In this document: piece by piece, positions 50,177-59,928 of the stretch
Numbering within the stretch: position 1 is the stretch's first letter
How the letters are laid out: each line of letters begins with the position of its first letter
Origin: an uncultured Fibrobacterota bacterium
Lineage (GTDB): Bacteria; Fibrobacterota; Chitinivibrionia; Chitinivibrionales; FEN-1185
Direction: 5' to 3'
DNA length: 64,000 bases
Assembly: GCA_963729895.1 (NCBI GenBank)
Contig: CAVSQB010000022.1
Span: 32,001-96,000, forward strand
The notes under the pieces: generated by a model
What the model was told of the DNA's origin: nothing
Seen by the model: only the letters and a program-made list of their open reading frames with translations
The model's database searches: none
Made by a program: the position numbers and the translations under genes

Positions 50177-50678
50177 TGCGCGCTTCTTTTTGAATGATCC
50201 GGAGATGGGTGACGTCGTCCCGGTCCTTGTCGCGACCGGCCTTCTTTTTCATGGCGATGAGTGTGGCAATGTTCACATATCGAAACAGGGCGCCCTTAGA
50301 CAACTCCTCTTCGACTGCGATGGAATATTGTGCGTTAAAATCAAACGGTTCCTTTACAAATATATCAACCGGCGTGTCGGCATGTCTGTCGCTGAAGAGG
50401 TTGAGAACCATCATGCCTTTGTTTCTGATCCAGCTTTCCCGGAGTTTGCGGTCCGCGAACTGTTGCCCCGTCACCGGAACCTTGGGCTTGTAGCCAAGGC
50501 GCTCAAGGGCGGAGAATCCTCTCAGAATGTTGTCATTAGTCAACTGAAGCACAAGATCGAGATCATAGGTGAGTCTTCCGTATCCGTGCGCAACCACCGC
50601 CATGCCGCCCACAACGAGGTACCGCACCTTGTTCTTATTCAACGCTTTCACGATTTTTTCAAATGTCGCAAGTTTCAT
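50169..50678 (-). CDS. Nucleotidyltransferase-fold protein
   Basis: YLVVGGMAVVAHGYGRLTYDLD, VDIF, LIAMKKKAGRDKDRDD. Confidence 0.85.
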   Translation of the reverse strand: MKLATFEKIVKALNKNKVRYLVVGGMAVVAHGYGRLTYDLDLVLQLTNDNILRGFSALERLGYKPKVPVTGQQFADRKLRESWIRNKGMMVLNLFSDRHADTPVDIFVKEPFDFNAQYSIAVEEELSKGALFRYVNIATLIAMKKKAGRDKDRDDVTHLRIIQKEARNG

Positions 50679-50838
50679 TCGATAGCAACCGTCACCCCTG
50701 TGTATAGCCGGGAGATACGAATGTGCGGGCAGGGCGCTCCTTGCCCCCGTCGGCGGCACCCGCTTCCCGCCTCAGACCGTTCTTTCTTATCAACAGATCC
50801 GTCTTCCGCGCGCAATGATCGCAACCCGCCGCTCGCCG

Positions 50839-51150
50839 CTATTGGGCCGAAACTTCCTGCTCGAGCTGGGCTATTTCCTTGCGGATTTCGCCGTATTCCC
50901 GCAACCGGCGCTGCAGATACTCGCGCGTTATCCTCAATTTTTCCTTGACGCCTGCAGGAGTGAGGATGTACTGCCACCGTATCTTGTCCGGATTGTTCTT
51001 GAGCTTGTTCGCTTTGATGATGCCTTTTTCGATGAGTCCGGCAAGCACGTAGTTCGCCTTGCCGAGGCTTATGTCAAGCTTGAGCGCAAGGCTGCGCTGG
51101 GTATGCGAAGGGTTTTGCTCGATTTCCCGGATAATCTTGTATTCTATCAT
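50839..51150 (-). CDS. EPS-associated MarR-family transcriptional regulator
   Basis: TQRSLA...ISLGKANY...LIEKG...YILTPAGVKEK. Confidence 0.9.
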   Translation of the reverse strand: MIEYKIIREIEQNPSHTQRSLALKLDISLGKANYVLAGLIEKGIIKANKLKNNPDKIRWQYILTPAGVKEKLRITREYLQRRLREYGEIRKEIAQLEQEVSAQ

Positions 51151-51250
51151 TGCTGTAGCCTTGCGGGAAAACGATCATTTAAAGAGCCGCTTTTCCGCTT
51201 GGTATTTGCCCGTTTGGCTGCTCCGGTTTTCGGGCGCGGCTCGAACTCCG

Positions 51251-51296
51251 TGTTCAATCATTGAACAAAATATGCTATTCCATCATACAAATGCAA
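51251..51296 (-). promoter_or_regulatory. Candidate sigma70 promoter with a perfect palindromic operator upstream of marR
   Basis: - strand TTGCAT-N16/18-CATATT/TATTTT directly followed by tgttcaat-N-attgaaca (51251-51267). Confidence 0.6.
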
Positions 51297-51384
51297 CCGC
51301 AACGTTTTCAAGGAAAATGTTTACGCTGTGGCAAGACGAAGCCCACAGCTTGGGGTCGGTGGACTCGCCATCGCAGCGGACAGC

Positions 51385-52524
51385 TCATTGAAGGGCTTTG
51401 GTGATCTCCGCGATAATCGAGTCCTGCTCTCGCTCTTCGAGATACGGGTGCATCGGCAGGCTGAAGATCTTTGCCGCAATTTGCTCCGCGACAGGAAACT
51501 GTCCTTTTTGGTATCCCAGGAACGCGAATGCTTTCTGCAGATGAAGCGGCTTTGGATAGTAAATGGCCGTGGGTATTCCCTTACCTTTCAATCGGGCCGT
51601 CAGTTCCTCGCGATGTTCGCTTTGCACGGAGTATTGGGCCCAGGCGGAGCGACACTGCTCCGGAATATGGGGCACCGTCACTGTGCCCTGCAAGCCGGCT
51701 GAATATCGCCCGGCCACGACCTGCCTTTTCGCCATTTCTTCTTCAAAGATTTCCATCTTTGCAAGTACCACGGCCGCCTGGATCGTGTCCATTCGCCCGT
51801 TGATGCCGATTCGCGCATTTTCGTACTTGTCATTCCCCTGGCCGTGGATCCGTAAAGATTTGAGGCTATCGATCGTTTCCTCGTCATTACAGAATACCGC
51901 GCCTCCGTCTCCGTAACAGCCGAGAGGTTTTGCGGGAAAGAAGCTCGTTGCGGCCGCGTTTCCAAACGAACCCGCTCTTTTCCCGCTGCGCACTGCGCCG
52001 AAACTCTGGGCGGCATCCTCAAGCACAAACAGACAGAATTCCCGGGCTACACTATCGATTGCATCGTAGTCCGGGCACAATCCGAAAAGATCGACCGGGA
52101 TTATGGCTTTCGGTTTTAGGGCCGTTGGTATTCCCGGCGAAACTCTTTCGCCGTTCTTGACGGATACAATCGCCCGGCGAAGCTTTTGCGCGTCGATGTT
52201 GTACGTCTTTTCGTCGATGTCAACAAAGACCGGCGTTGCGCCGAGCAGCGATATCACTTCCGCGGTCGCAATAAAGGTGAACGTCGTGGTGAACACCGCG
52301 TCGCCCGGCCCAACGCCTTTGGCCATCAGCGCCATGAGCAACGCATCGGTACCGCTCGAACAAGAGAGGCAGTGCTTTGTGCCGACATACCGGGCGAGGA
52401 CATCTTCAAGTTCGGTGATTTCCCGGCCCATGATGAAGCCGGCGCGGTCAAGAATTTCATTGATCCGTTTCTGCACGGAAGGTTTTATGCGCTGATATTG
52501 TTTTTTCAAATCAATGAAGTCCAT
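51385..52524 (-). CDS. DegT-family aminotransferase (WbpE-like)
   Basis: MDFIDLKKQY, SSGTDAL, EDAAQSFGA, SFFPAKPLGCYGDGG. Confidence 0.93.
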   Translation of the reverse strand: MDFIDLKKQYQRIKPSVQKRINEILDRAGFIMGREITELEDVLARYVGTKHCLSCSSGTDALLMALMAKGVGPGDAVFTTTFTFIATAEVISLLGATPVFVDIDEKTYNIDAQKLRRAIVSVKNGERVSPGIPTALKPKAIIPVDLFGLCPDYDAIDSVAREFCLFVLEDAAQSFGAVRSGKRAGSFGNAAATSFFPAKPLGCYGDGGAVFCNDEETIDSLKSLRIHGQGNDKYENARIGINGRMDTIQAAVVLAKMEIFEEEMAKRQVVAGRYSAGLQGTVTVPHIPEQCRSAWAQYSVQSEHREELTARLKGKGIPTAIYYPKPLHLQKAFAFLGYQKGQFPVAEQIAAKIFSLPMHPYLEEREQDSIIAEITKALQ

Positions 52525-52635
52525 GATTCCTTTCAACACGCTACCGGCCGCGGCCGTGCGGGCGGTGGATCTTCGCTCTCCGGATGTGTGACGTAAGGGT
52601 TCGAGGTTCCCGCGCAAACGGGCGCGTTGCTTTTT

Positions 52636-53775
52636 CTATGCATCTTCCATGATTCTAAGAGGCATGATGAGAAAGAGATCTTCGCTTTTCTGATCCGTTT
52701 CCTTGCCGTATTCCGGATAAATGAGACAAGCGCTGATGTGGGTGTTCATCTCGATCCGTATCTTCGGCACCGAAATGATACCGAGAATTTCCATGAAGTA
52801 TTGGGCGTTGAATCCGACGGCATGCTCGGGGCCTTCGTAGTCCGCGGGAACGATTTCCCGCGCTTCGCCGCCGATGTCCCTGTTGAGGACGATCACCTCG
52901 AGCTTGGCGTGGCGAAAGAGGAACTTGACCAGATGCGTCTTCTGGTTTGACAAAACGGAAACCCTTTTTACCGCCTCAAGAACCGCGTTCTTTTCCAGGA
53001 CGGCCTTCTTCGGATTGACCTTGGGAATTGCTTTTTCGTAATCCGGGTACGGGCCTTCGAGGAGCTTGGAACACATTCGAATGCCGTCAGCCTCAAAAAG
53101 AACGTATTTCTCGCCGAGCGTCACCGCAATCGGGTCCTGGGGCTTGCCCTGATCGATGACGCGCGCAAAATGCAACAGCGTCTTTGGGGAAACGATCATG
53201 GAAACGTTCTTTTCAAGAGCGTCCTCCCTTTTCCAAAAACAGCCACCAAGACGATGCCCGTCGGTGGCGACCATTCCGCTCCTGCCCCGATCCAATTTCC
53301 ACAGCACTCCGCACAAAGAAGTCCTCGATTCATCTCGCGAAACCGCAAAGCTGCTTTTCAAAATCATATCCTTAAGGCATTCGGACTTTACCGTAAAGTC
53401 AATTCCGTCCTTTATTTCCGGAAATGAAGGAAAGTCCTCCGCCCCTATTCCGGCCAGTTTACAGGAAAATCCTTTTTTGCTGTCAATAATCAACACGTTG
53501 ACATCAATGGTGAACGTTATGTCTCCTTCGGGAAGTTCCCTCACGATTTCGAAAAGCTTCCTTGCGTTCACGGTTATTTCCGCTTCGCCGTCACACGCCG
53601 CGCCTGCCGAGACTGCAATCGAATGATCAAGATCGGTTGCCGTCACGAGCACCTTTGCCTTTGAAAACGATAGTTTGAAATTCGACAGGATTTGCAAGGA
53701 TGTCTTTAGGGGAATTATCGGGTAACTCTTCTGAATAACTTCGTAGATGCTGTTTTTAGAAATTACGCATTCCAT
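52636..53775 (-). CDS. dnaN: DNA polymerase III beta clamp
   Basis: ATDLD, VATDGHRL, GPYPDY, GFNAQY, LIMPLRI. Confidence 0.95.
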   Translation of the reverse strand: MECVISKNSIYEVIQKSYPIIPLKTSLQILSNFKLSFSKAKVLVTATDLDHSIAVSAGAACDGEAEITVNARKLFEIVRELPEGDITFTIDVNVLIIDSKKGFSCKLAGIGAEDFPSFPEIKDGIDFTVKSECLKDMILKSSFAVSRDESRTSLCGVLWKLDRGRSGMVATDGHRLGGCFWKREDALEKNVSMIVSPKTLLHFARVIDQGKPQDPIAVTLGEKYVLFEADGIRMCSKLLEGPYPDYEKAIPKVNPKKAVLEKNAVLEAVKRVSVLSNQKTHLVKFLFRHAKLEVIVLNRDIGGEAREIVPADYEGPEHAVGFNAQYFMEILGIISVPKIRIEMNTHISACLIYPEYGKETDQKSEDLFLIMPLRIMEDA

Positions 53776-53839
53776 TTGTGTCTGCGCCTTTCCGGTTGAT
53801 GCGGATCCTCGACGGAACTCGTGCAGTATCATATATCCC

Positions 53840-54060
53840 TGCCGAGGCCTATATTTCTATTTCAAAATATATATAAACAAATAGTGATAAAAATAGATTT
53901 GTTGATAGTGCGATAAATAGATGTAAAGTGTTGAAATAAAAGACCCGGTTCTGTTGATAGTGTGTGAAAGAGAGTGCGTAAGATGGTGCTGGGCTTGGTA
54001 GTGGCGGTCGTTAGCCGGCCGCCAACATCATGTCCACAGGATAGTGTGGAATGAAGAGGG
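53840..54060. other. Probable chromosomal replication origin (oriC)
   Basis: dnaA-dnaN intergenic; AT-rich 53850-53940 with repeated gata; degenerate DnaA-box-like 9-mers at 53900, 53952, 53961, 54030, 54045; gene orientation diverges nearby. Confidence 0.7.
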
Positions 54061-54097
54061 TGGGCAATAGAGCGAGCGGGCCGCTCCCTGTGCTGCA

Positions 54098-55450
54098 TCA
54101 GACGCTTTTTTCTTTCGAAAGAAGGGAAACGATGGTCGCAATGTCGGTCGAAAGGGATTTTTCGGTCCTTCTGAGAGCATCTATATGGCGGATGGCATGA
54201 ATCACGGTGCTGTGGTCTCTGCCGCCAAAGTGCAAACCGATGGATTTTAGCGAATAATTGGTAAAAGACTTGACTATGTACATTGCCACTTGTCTGCAAA
54301 ACGCCACTTCTTTGCGGCGATTTTTTTCCCGGACGTTGTTCAGGGGAACCTTGTAAAAGTCCGCAACGGTTTCGATGATCTTTTCTATGGAGAACCGGGT
54401 TCTTTCCTGTTTCTGCGAGCCCTCAAGGATCGATTGCACCAGGTCCATCGTGATGTCGCGCTTTGTTATTGAGGAATAAGCGAGAAGTCTGATGATGATG
54501 CCTTCGAGTTCCCGAATATTGGAGGATACCGATTCGGCTATGAGCAAAAGAATGTTTTCCGGGATATTCAGCTTATCCTGTTCCGCCTTTTTCTTGAGAA
54601 TGGCCACTCTGGTTTCGAGGTTGGGCGGCTGAATATCCACGCAGAGGCCCCACTGGAACCTGGAGACAAGCCGATCCTGGAGGCCCTTGAGCGAATGTGG
54701 AGGGAGATCGGACGTGAGGACAATTTGCCGCTGGTTCTGGTACAACGTGTTGAAAATGTAAAAGAACTCCTCCTGCGTACTTTCCTTTCCGGAGAGAAAC
54801 TGGACGTCGTCCAGCAGCAGGACGCTGGCCGATTTGAAGCCGTCGGAAAATTTTCTCGTGCTGTTGTTTTTTATTGCATCGATGAAATTGAAATAGAATT
54901 CCTCCGAAGAGGAATACGCGACCCGGAGGTCTTTTCTTTGTGAAAGCAGGAGGTTACCGACGGCCTGCAGGAGATGGGTCTTGCCGAGGCCGACGCCGCC
55001 ATAAATGAGCAGCGGATTGAATTTGGTCTTTCCGGGAGCATGCGCCACGGCGAGCGCCGCGCTCTTTGCGAACTCGTTTCCCGGCCCAACCACGAAACAA
55101 TCAAAGGTGAAGTTGCGATTGAAGAACGTTGTGGATGGCGGTGTTTTCAACGGCAGCGGAGGAGCGGTTTTTTTTTCGGGCGGAGGCGGCGGTGCAACCG
55201 CTGAATCGGAATCAACGACAAGGAGGATTTCGTCCAACGCCGGAAGGTGCGTTCTTGCCACCGCAAGAATTCTTGTTTTGTAATGTTGTTCAAGGAAATC
55301 GAGAACAAACTGGCTGGGGACGGCCACCACAAGCTTTGTGCCGTCTCTTATTTCCCCGGCACAAAGGGGACGGAACCATGTTTCAAATGAGGCGGAGTCC
55401 ACCAAGCGAGAAATGTCGGAGAGAATGTTTTCCCAAAGGGCTGCCAGCAT
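54098..55450 (-). CDS. dnaA: Chromosomal replication initiator DnaA
   Basis: FNPLLIYGGVGLGKTHL, LLDDVQF, QEEFF, NIRELEG, FGGRDHSTVIHA. Confidence 0.98.
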   Translation of the reverse strand: MLAALWENILSDISRLVDSASFETWFRPLCAGEIRDGTKLVVAVPSQFVLDFLEQHYKTRILAVARTHLPALDEILLVVDSDSAVAPPPPPEKKTAPPLPLKTPPSTTFFNRNFTFDCFVVGPGNEFAKSAALAVAHAPGKTKFNPLLIYGGVGLGKTHLLQAVGNLLLSQRKDLRVAYSSSEEFYFNFIDAIKNNSTRKFSDGFKSASVLLLDDVQFLSGKESTQEEFFYIFNTLYQNQRQIVLTSDLPPHSLKGLQDRLVSRFQWGLCVDIQPPNLETRVAILKKKAEQDKLNIPENILLLIAESVSSNIRELEGIIIRLLAYSSITKRDITMDLVQSILEGSQKQERTRFSIEKIIETVADFYKVPLNNVREKNRRKEVAFCRQVAMYIVKSFTNYSLKSIGLHFGGRDHSTVIHAIRHIDALRRTEKSLSTDIATIVSLLSKEKSV

Positions 55451-55698
55451 AGTACACCGCTTGCGCAAGGGCGCACCGCCAGGCGAGACGCCTGCGGGCG
55501 TTTCGAAAATCGCAAAGAAACCATTCGATGTGGGGATCGGAATTCCGCCCGAGCTGTTACCCGGCGGGTCTGTTCTTCGCTAAGAAACTACATAAGAAAC
55601 CGGGAAAAATCAATTGCAAGCGTTCCGAATACTGTTAAAATGCTTTGACAGTCTGTAGTGACTGAAATCATTTTTAGAGGCACGAAAGGAAAATTTTT

Positions 55699-55842
55699 AT
55701 GAAAAGAACATTTCAGCCTTCAAAGAGGAAAAGGACAAATACGCACGGATTCAGAAAAAGGAATTCAACCAAATCCGGCAGGAAGGTTCTCAAAAAGAGG
55801 AGGGCCAAGGGGCGCAAACGCCTCTCGGCATCAGACAAATAA
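55699..55842 (+). CDS. rpmH: 50S ribosomal protein L34 (absent from the ORF track)
   Basis: [47 protein letters not shown]. Confidence 0.97.
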   Translation: MKRTFQPSKRKRTNTHGFRKRNSTKSGRKVLKKRRAKGRKRLSASDK

Positions 55843-55847
55843 GCCGC

Positions 55848-56195
55848 TTGAAAACGCGCATGGTGCAAGGGGCGCGAAGGTTCCGGATTGCTTCGAGAAG
55901 GGAGATATCCTTTCTGTGGAGGACAGGTTCGCGATGGATGTGCTCCGCCTTCACGATTATTTTTCTGAATCGCTCGTTTGAATGCGACAGAGCGGCGTTT
56001 ATTGTGGGCAAGGCCAATGGGAATGCAGTTCAGAGAAACAGAACAAAGAGAATTCTGAGAGAGATATTTCGTAAGAACAAGAGCAGCACCCCACCCTTTT
56101 TTGATATCCTCATAAAGCCTGTGGGCAAGAATTTGCCTTCTGCGGAAGAACTAAGAAGCAGCTATCTACGATGGAAAACTTTGGCAAGAAAATAG
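55848..56195 (+). CDS. rnpA: RNase P protein component
   Basis: GNAVQRNRTKRILRE (RNR motif); synteny. Confidence 0.92.
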   Translation: MKTRMVQGARRFRIASRREISFLWRTGSRWMCSAFTIIFLNRSFECDRAAFIVGKANGNAVQRNRTKRILREIFRKNKSSTPPFFDILIKPVGKNLPSAEELRSSYLRWKTLARK

Positions 56196-56431
56196 GGACG
56201 TTTTTCCTATCTTCTCTCATTATGCTGACGAAAGCCGTGCTTGCGGTTCCTCCGGGGACCTGCAGGTTTTCACCCTCATGCAGCCACTATGCGATGGAGG
56301 CGGTTCGAACCTTCCCCATTCACCGGGCAATCGTGCTCATTGCCGTGCGATTGCTGAAATGCACGCCCCTTTCCGTTGGTGGTTTTGATCCGGTGCCCAC
56401 AGGGCGTGGAAAGGTTTGCGGCCGTGAATAA
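56171..56431 (+). CDS. yidD: Membrane protein insertion efficiency factor YidD
   Basis: CRFSPSCSHYA, RLLKCTP, GGFDPVP. Confidence 0.92.
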   Translation: MENFGKKIGTFFLSSLIMLTKAVLAVPPGTCRFSPSCSHYAMEAVRTFPIHRAIVLIAVRLLKCTPLSVGGFDPVPTGRGKVCGRE

Positions 56432-58283
56432 GAATACGCTGCTCGCATTTGTCCTGATACTTCTTACGTTTGTCGGCTTCAGCCTGTACGAAAGCCATTC
56501 TGCAAAAAGAAACCGGGCGGCCGCGGCGTCATCCGGATCCGCAAAACTCCCGGTAGCCGAAAGCAGCCTACCGGCCAAACAGCAGATCGCGCCGAAAATT
56601 ACCCGGGAAACGTCATCGGTGGCGATCAGCGCCGGAGCCGACACCTCGCGTTCGCGTGCGACGGCAGGGGACACCGCGTGGATCGACAACGGCAAAATGC
56701 TCTGCGGGATTGCCGAAGTCGGTGCGAGAATAGTCTCGCTTAAGATGAAAGATTATGGCTACGACAGGATTTCGCCAAAGGGTTTTGATGCCAGGGAGCG
56801 CGTCGACCTCGTGGCGCGGTCACTGGTGGGTGGTGGAAATCTAAGCATAGATGCTGAAAACTATGACGCGAAACTCTTTAAGCTCCAGGATACCGTCAAA
56901 CGGATCCGCATCGGGAGCGGACAAAAAGCATCTCTTTCATTTGCATACCGCACCGCCGCTGGCGCCACCGTCATAAAACGATATTCCTTTGAGGGTGGTT
57001 CCTACCGGATCGGGCTGGACGTTTTGTCTCCGTCGCTGGACGGCAAGAGCATTACCGTAAGCTGGCGGTGCGGGATTACGGAAAGCGAATATTTAAAAGG
57101 GGCCTCCGCGCAGAACAGTGGCGCGTATGTAAACGAACAGCGAAAAGTGCATGTGTTCGACGGGAAAAGCATAGAGCACATTCAGATAAAAAGGCCGGAC
57201 GACAAGATTGACCCGAAGACGGGGTTCTACAAATGGGCGGCACTCACGTCAAAGTACTTCACGGTTGCGCTTGTTCCGGACACCGTGAAAGACGCGGACA
57301 TATCCATCGAAGGATACGATTCCAAGGAATACGACGATGTGAAGGCGGAGGGCAAAAAAGGGCCGATTGTGGATTACTCCGTATCAATCAAGCGCACCGG
57401 CGATGGGTCGCGAGAAGGATACTGGTTGTTTGCCGGGCCCAGCAAGCTTTCACTTCTTCGCTCGTACCACGCCGGTCTGGAGAAAGTCCTTTTTGGCGGA
57501 TGGGAAGTGTTTTTGCGGGCCGACCTTTGGTTTCCGTACATCTGCGAAGTGCTGCTGTGGTTGCTTGTGTATATCAACAACCTTGTGAAGGACTACGGCG
57601 TCACCATCATCATTCTCACGATCATCACAAGGGTCATTACCTATCCCCTTTCGCAGAGCAGCATGAAATCGATGAACCGGATGAAACTCCTTCAGCCGAA
57701 AATCAACCATATTCGCGAACGGTACAAGACGAACCCCAAAAAGATGAACGAAGAAATCATGGCGATGTATCGGGAGGAAGGCGTCAACCCGCTCAACCCC
57801 GGCTGCCTGCCTATGTTTCTGCAGATGCCGATCCTGATTGCGTTGTACGTCGTTCTTCAGAAGGCAATAGAGTTGAGGGGCGCGCACACGGTATTGGTGC
57901 CGTGGGTAAAAGACCTTTCGCAGCCGGAAATATTTGTCGCTCTTCAAAGCATACCTTTTGTGGGAGGGCTTTTCCCGAACGGATTACCCTGGTATGGAAA
58001 CGGAATTGCCATCATGCCGGTGATAATGGCTATCCTCACCTTTATACAAAACAGGATGACCATAAAAGATCCGAATCAGAAAGCCATGATTTATTTCATG
58101 CCGATCTTCATGCTTGTAATATTCAATAACCTGCCCGCCGGGCTTGTTTTCTACTGGACATTTTCCAACGCCCTCGGCATACTTCAACAATATATTCTCA
58201 ACAGGAGCATGGAAAAAGAGGCCGTTGCATATCGGGCCGCGGCGGAAAAAAATCAGCGATCCGGCAAGAAGGCCCGAAAGTAG
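56424..58283 (+). CDS. yidC: Membrane protein insertase YidC
   Basis: YGVTIIILT, SMNRMKLLQPKI, GCLPMFLQMPI, PAGLVFYW. Confidence 0.96.
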   Translation: MNKNTLLAFVLILLTFVGFSLYESHSAKRNRAAAASSGSAKLPVAESSLPAKQQIAPKITRETSSVAISAGADTSRSRATAGDTAWIDNGKMLCGIAEVGARIVSLKMKDYGYDRISPKGFDARERVDLVARSLVGGGNLSIDAENYDAKLFKLQDTVKRIRIGSGQKASLSFAYRTAAGATVIKRYSFEGGSYRIGLDVLSPSLDGKSITVSWRCGITESEYLKGASAQNSGAYVNEQRKVHVFDGKSIEHIQIKRPDDKIDPKTGFYKWAALTSKYFTVALVPDTVKDADISIEGYDSKEYDDVKAEGKKGPIVDYSVSIKRTGDGSREGYWLFAGPSKLSLLRSYHAGLEKVLFGGWEVFLRADLWFPYICEVLLWLLVYINNLVKDYGVTIIILTIITRVITYPLSQSSMKSMNRMKLLQPKINHIRERYKTNPKKMNEEIMAMYREEGVNPLNPGCLPMFLQMPILIALYVVLQKAIELRGAHTVLVPWVKDLSQPEIFVALQSIPFVGGLFPNGLPWYGNGIAIMPVIMAILTFIQNRMTIKDPNQKAMIYFMPIFMLVIFNNLPAGLVFYWTFSNALGILQQYILNRSMEKEAVAYRAAAEKNQRSGKKARK

Positions 58284-58297
58284 AATCCTACACGCAG

Positions 58298-58328
58298 CCT
58301 TCGGCCCCGGGAGCCGAAGGAAATTTTT
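58298..58328 (+). terminator. Hairpin between yidC and mnmE (possible terminator or processing site)
   Basis: ccttcggc/gccgaagg 8-bp stem followed by aaattttt. Confidence 0.4.
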
Positions 58329-58345
58329 GGCTCCACGGGATCGCA

Positions 58346-59713
58346 GTGAACACAAAGACAATTGCAGCTCTTTCGACTCCCCAAGGAACGGGGGCGATTG
58401 CCATCGTTCGCGTTTCCGGCCCCCGCGCGATTTCCGCACTGGAAAAATGTCTCGATCCATTTCCCGAGTTTCACAAAAGCAAGCCTCAGTGCGTTCGGCT
58501 CTACAGGATAGTCTCACCCCGCACGGGGAAAATTGTCGATCAGATTACGGCAGTCAAGTATGAGGCCCCGCATTCGTTCACCGGCGAGAACATGGTTGAG
58601 CTGTTTTGCCATGGCGGGAGGATTGTCGTGGAAAAAGTGCTTTCCATACTGGTTGACGAGGGTGTGGACATTGCAAAGAGAGGTGAATTTACAAGACGGG
58701 CATTTCTCAACGGCAAGTTCGACCTCCTGAAAGCCGAGTCGATTCTGGGGCTCATCGAAAGCAGTACCGAGAAGGAATATACCGCATCGTTAGAGGCATA
58801 CATGGGCGGCTCTACCGCCAGGGTTATTCGTTGGAAAGAGAGTGTAAAGAATGTGCTTCGGGATATTGAGGCCGCAATAGAATTTCCGGAAGAGGCTGAT
58901 GTGAAAAAGTCAAACAGGGGACACATTGAGCGGATAGCGGAAATCAGGAAAGAAATTGAAATGGAGGCCAAAAAGAGGCTGCAGAGCCACATTATAGAAA
59001 AAGGAATAGTGGTGCCCGTTGTGGGCGTTGCAAACGCAGGCAAGTCTTGTTTTTTCAATATGTTGCTGGGGTTTGACAGATCCATTGTTCATAGTGAAGA
59101 AGGAACAACCCGCGACGGGATTGGTGAAGACATTGAAATTTCCGGCGAGAAAGTAACAATTCTTGATACGGCCGGGCTCAGGGAAACAAACAACGAAGTA
59201 GAACAATTGGGGATTGAGAGAACCTGGGACTATATCCATAAAGCGGCAATGGTTGTTTGGGTAACCCCGGCGGACAGGGACATCACGCCGCAGGAGATGT
59301 CGTTGATAAATGATGAGACGCGGGAAAAAATGGTCTGTGTCATAAGCAAGATTGATATTGGTGACCAGGGTGCGAAGAAGAACTTCTGCACGGAAAAAAA
59401 AGTCCCATGGATTTGCGCATGTCTCTTGGACTCAAAGGAGCGCGAGCGCCTGGTGGGCTTTGTTGGGGCCAACGTAGAGAAGAAAGCGGGAGTCATTGAA
59501 ACATCCAGCGTTATTCGAACCATGCGACAGGAGATTATTGCACGCCGGATGATCGGAAATCTCCTTGAAGCGGAAAAAGACGGCAAGGCAGGTGAGGAAA
59601 TAGTGTCCTTACATCTTCAACGATTTCTTTCGGAAATTGGTGAATTGGCCGGCGGGACCGCAAGTGAGGAGATTCTAGATAGTATCTTTTCTGAATTCTG
59701 CATAGGGAAATAA
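58346..59713 (+). CDS. mnmE: tRNA modification GTPase MnmE
   Basis: TIAALSTP, SFTGE, GEFTRRAFLNGK, GTTRD, DTAG, FCIGK. Confidence 0.96.
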   Translation: MNTKTIAALSTPQGTGAIAIVRVSGPRAISALEKCLDPFPEFHKSKPQCVRLYRIVSPRTGKIVDQITAVKYEAPHSFTGENMVELFCHGGRIVVEKVLSILVDEGVDIAKRGEFTRRAFLNGKFDLLKAESILGLIESSTEKEYTASLEAYMGGSTARVIRWKESVKNVLRDIEAAIEFPEEADVKKSNRGHIERIAEIRKEIEMEAKKRLQSHIIEKGIVVPVVGVANAGKSCFFNMLLGFDRSIVHSEEGTTRDGIGEDIEISGEKVTILDTAGLRETNNEVEQLGIERTWDYIHKAAMVVWVTPADRDITPQEMSLINDETREKMVCVISKIDIGDQGAKKNFCTEKKVPWICACLLDSKERERLVGFVGANVEKKAGVIETSSVIRTMRQEIIARRMIGNLLEAEKDGKAGEEIVSLHLQRFLSEIGELAGGTASEEILDSIFSEFCIGK

Positions 59714-59892
59714 GAAGCATATTTGGTGTGTCGTCCGGCTTTTCCTCAAAGCTTGCTTCGGGGTTCTTTAATTACGCCACAGATCTTCCCCAGGACTGTT
59801 CCACATTCATCCCTGAAAGTAAGCACAACAAGAAGCCGCATTCTCACTGCATTTCCGATTCCCCATTTGGTATTTTTAACATGTCCAGGGAC

Positions 59893-59908
59893 TGTTTCAC
59901 GTGAAACA
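59893..59908. promoter_or_regulatory. parS site
   Basis: Perfect TGTTTCACGTGAAACA. Confidence 0.95.
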
Positions 59909-59928
59909 AGTTCAAGGTGGGCCAACCC

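Noticed and set aside
59020..59360. MnmE motif deviations (GVANAGKSC, SKID) and HrpA DEVH
   Set aside because: Key residues (GKS, GTTRD, DTAG, FCIGK) are retained; likely lineage variation.
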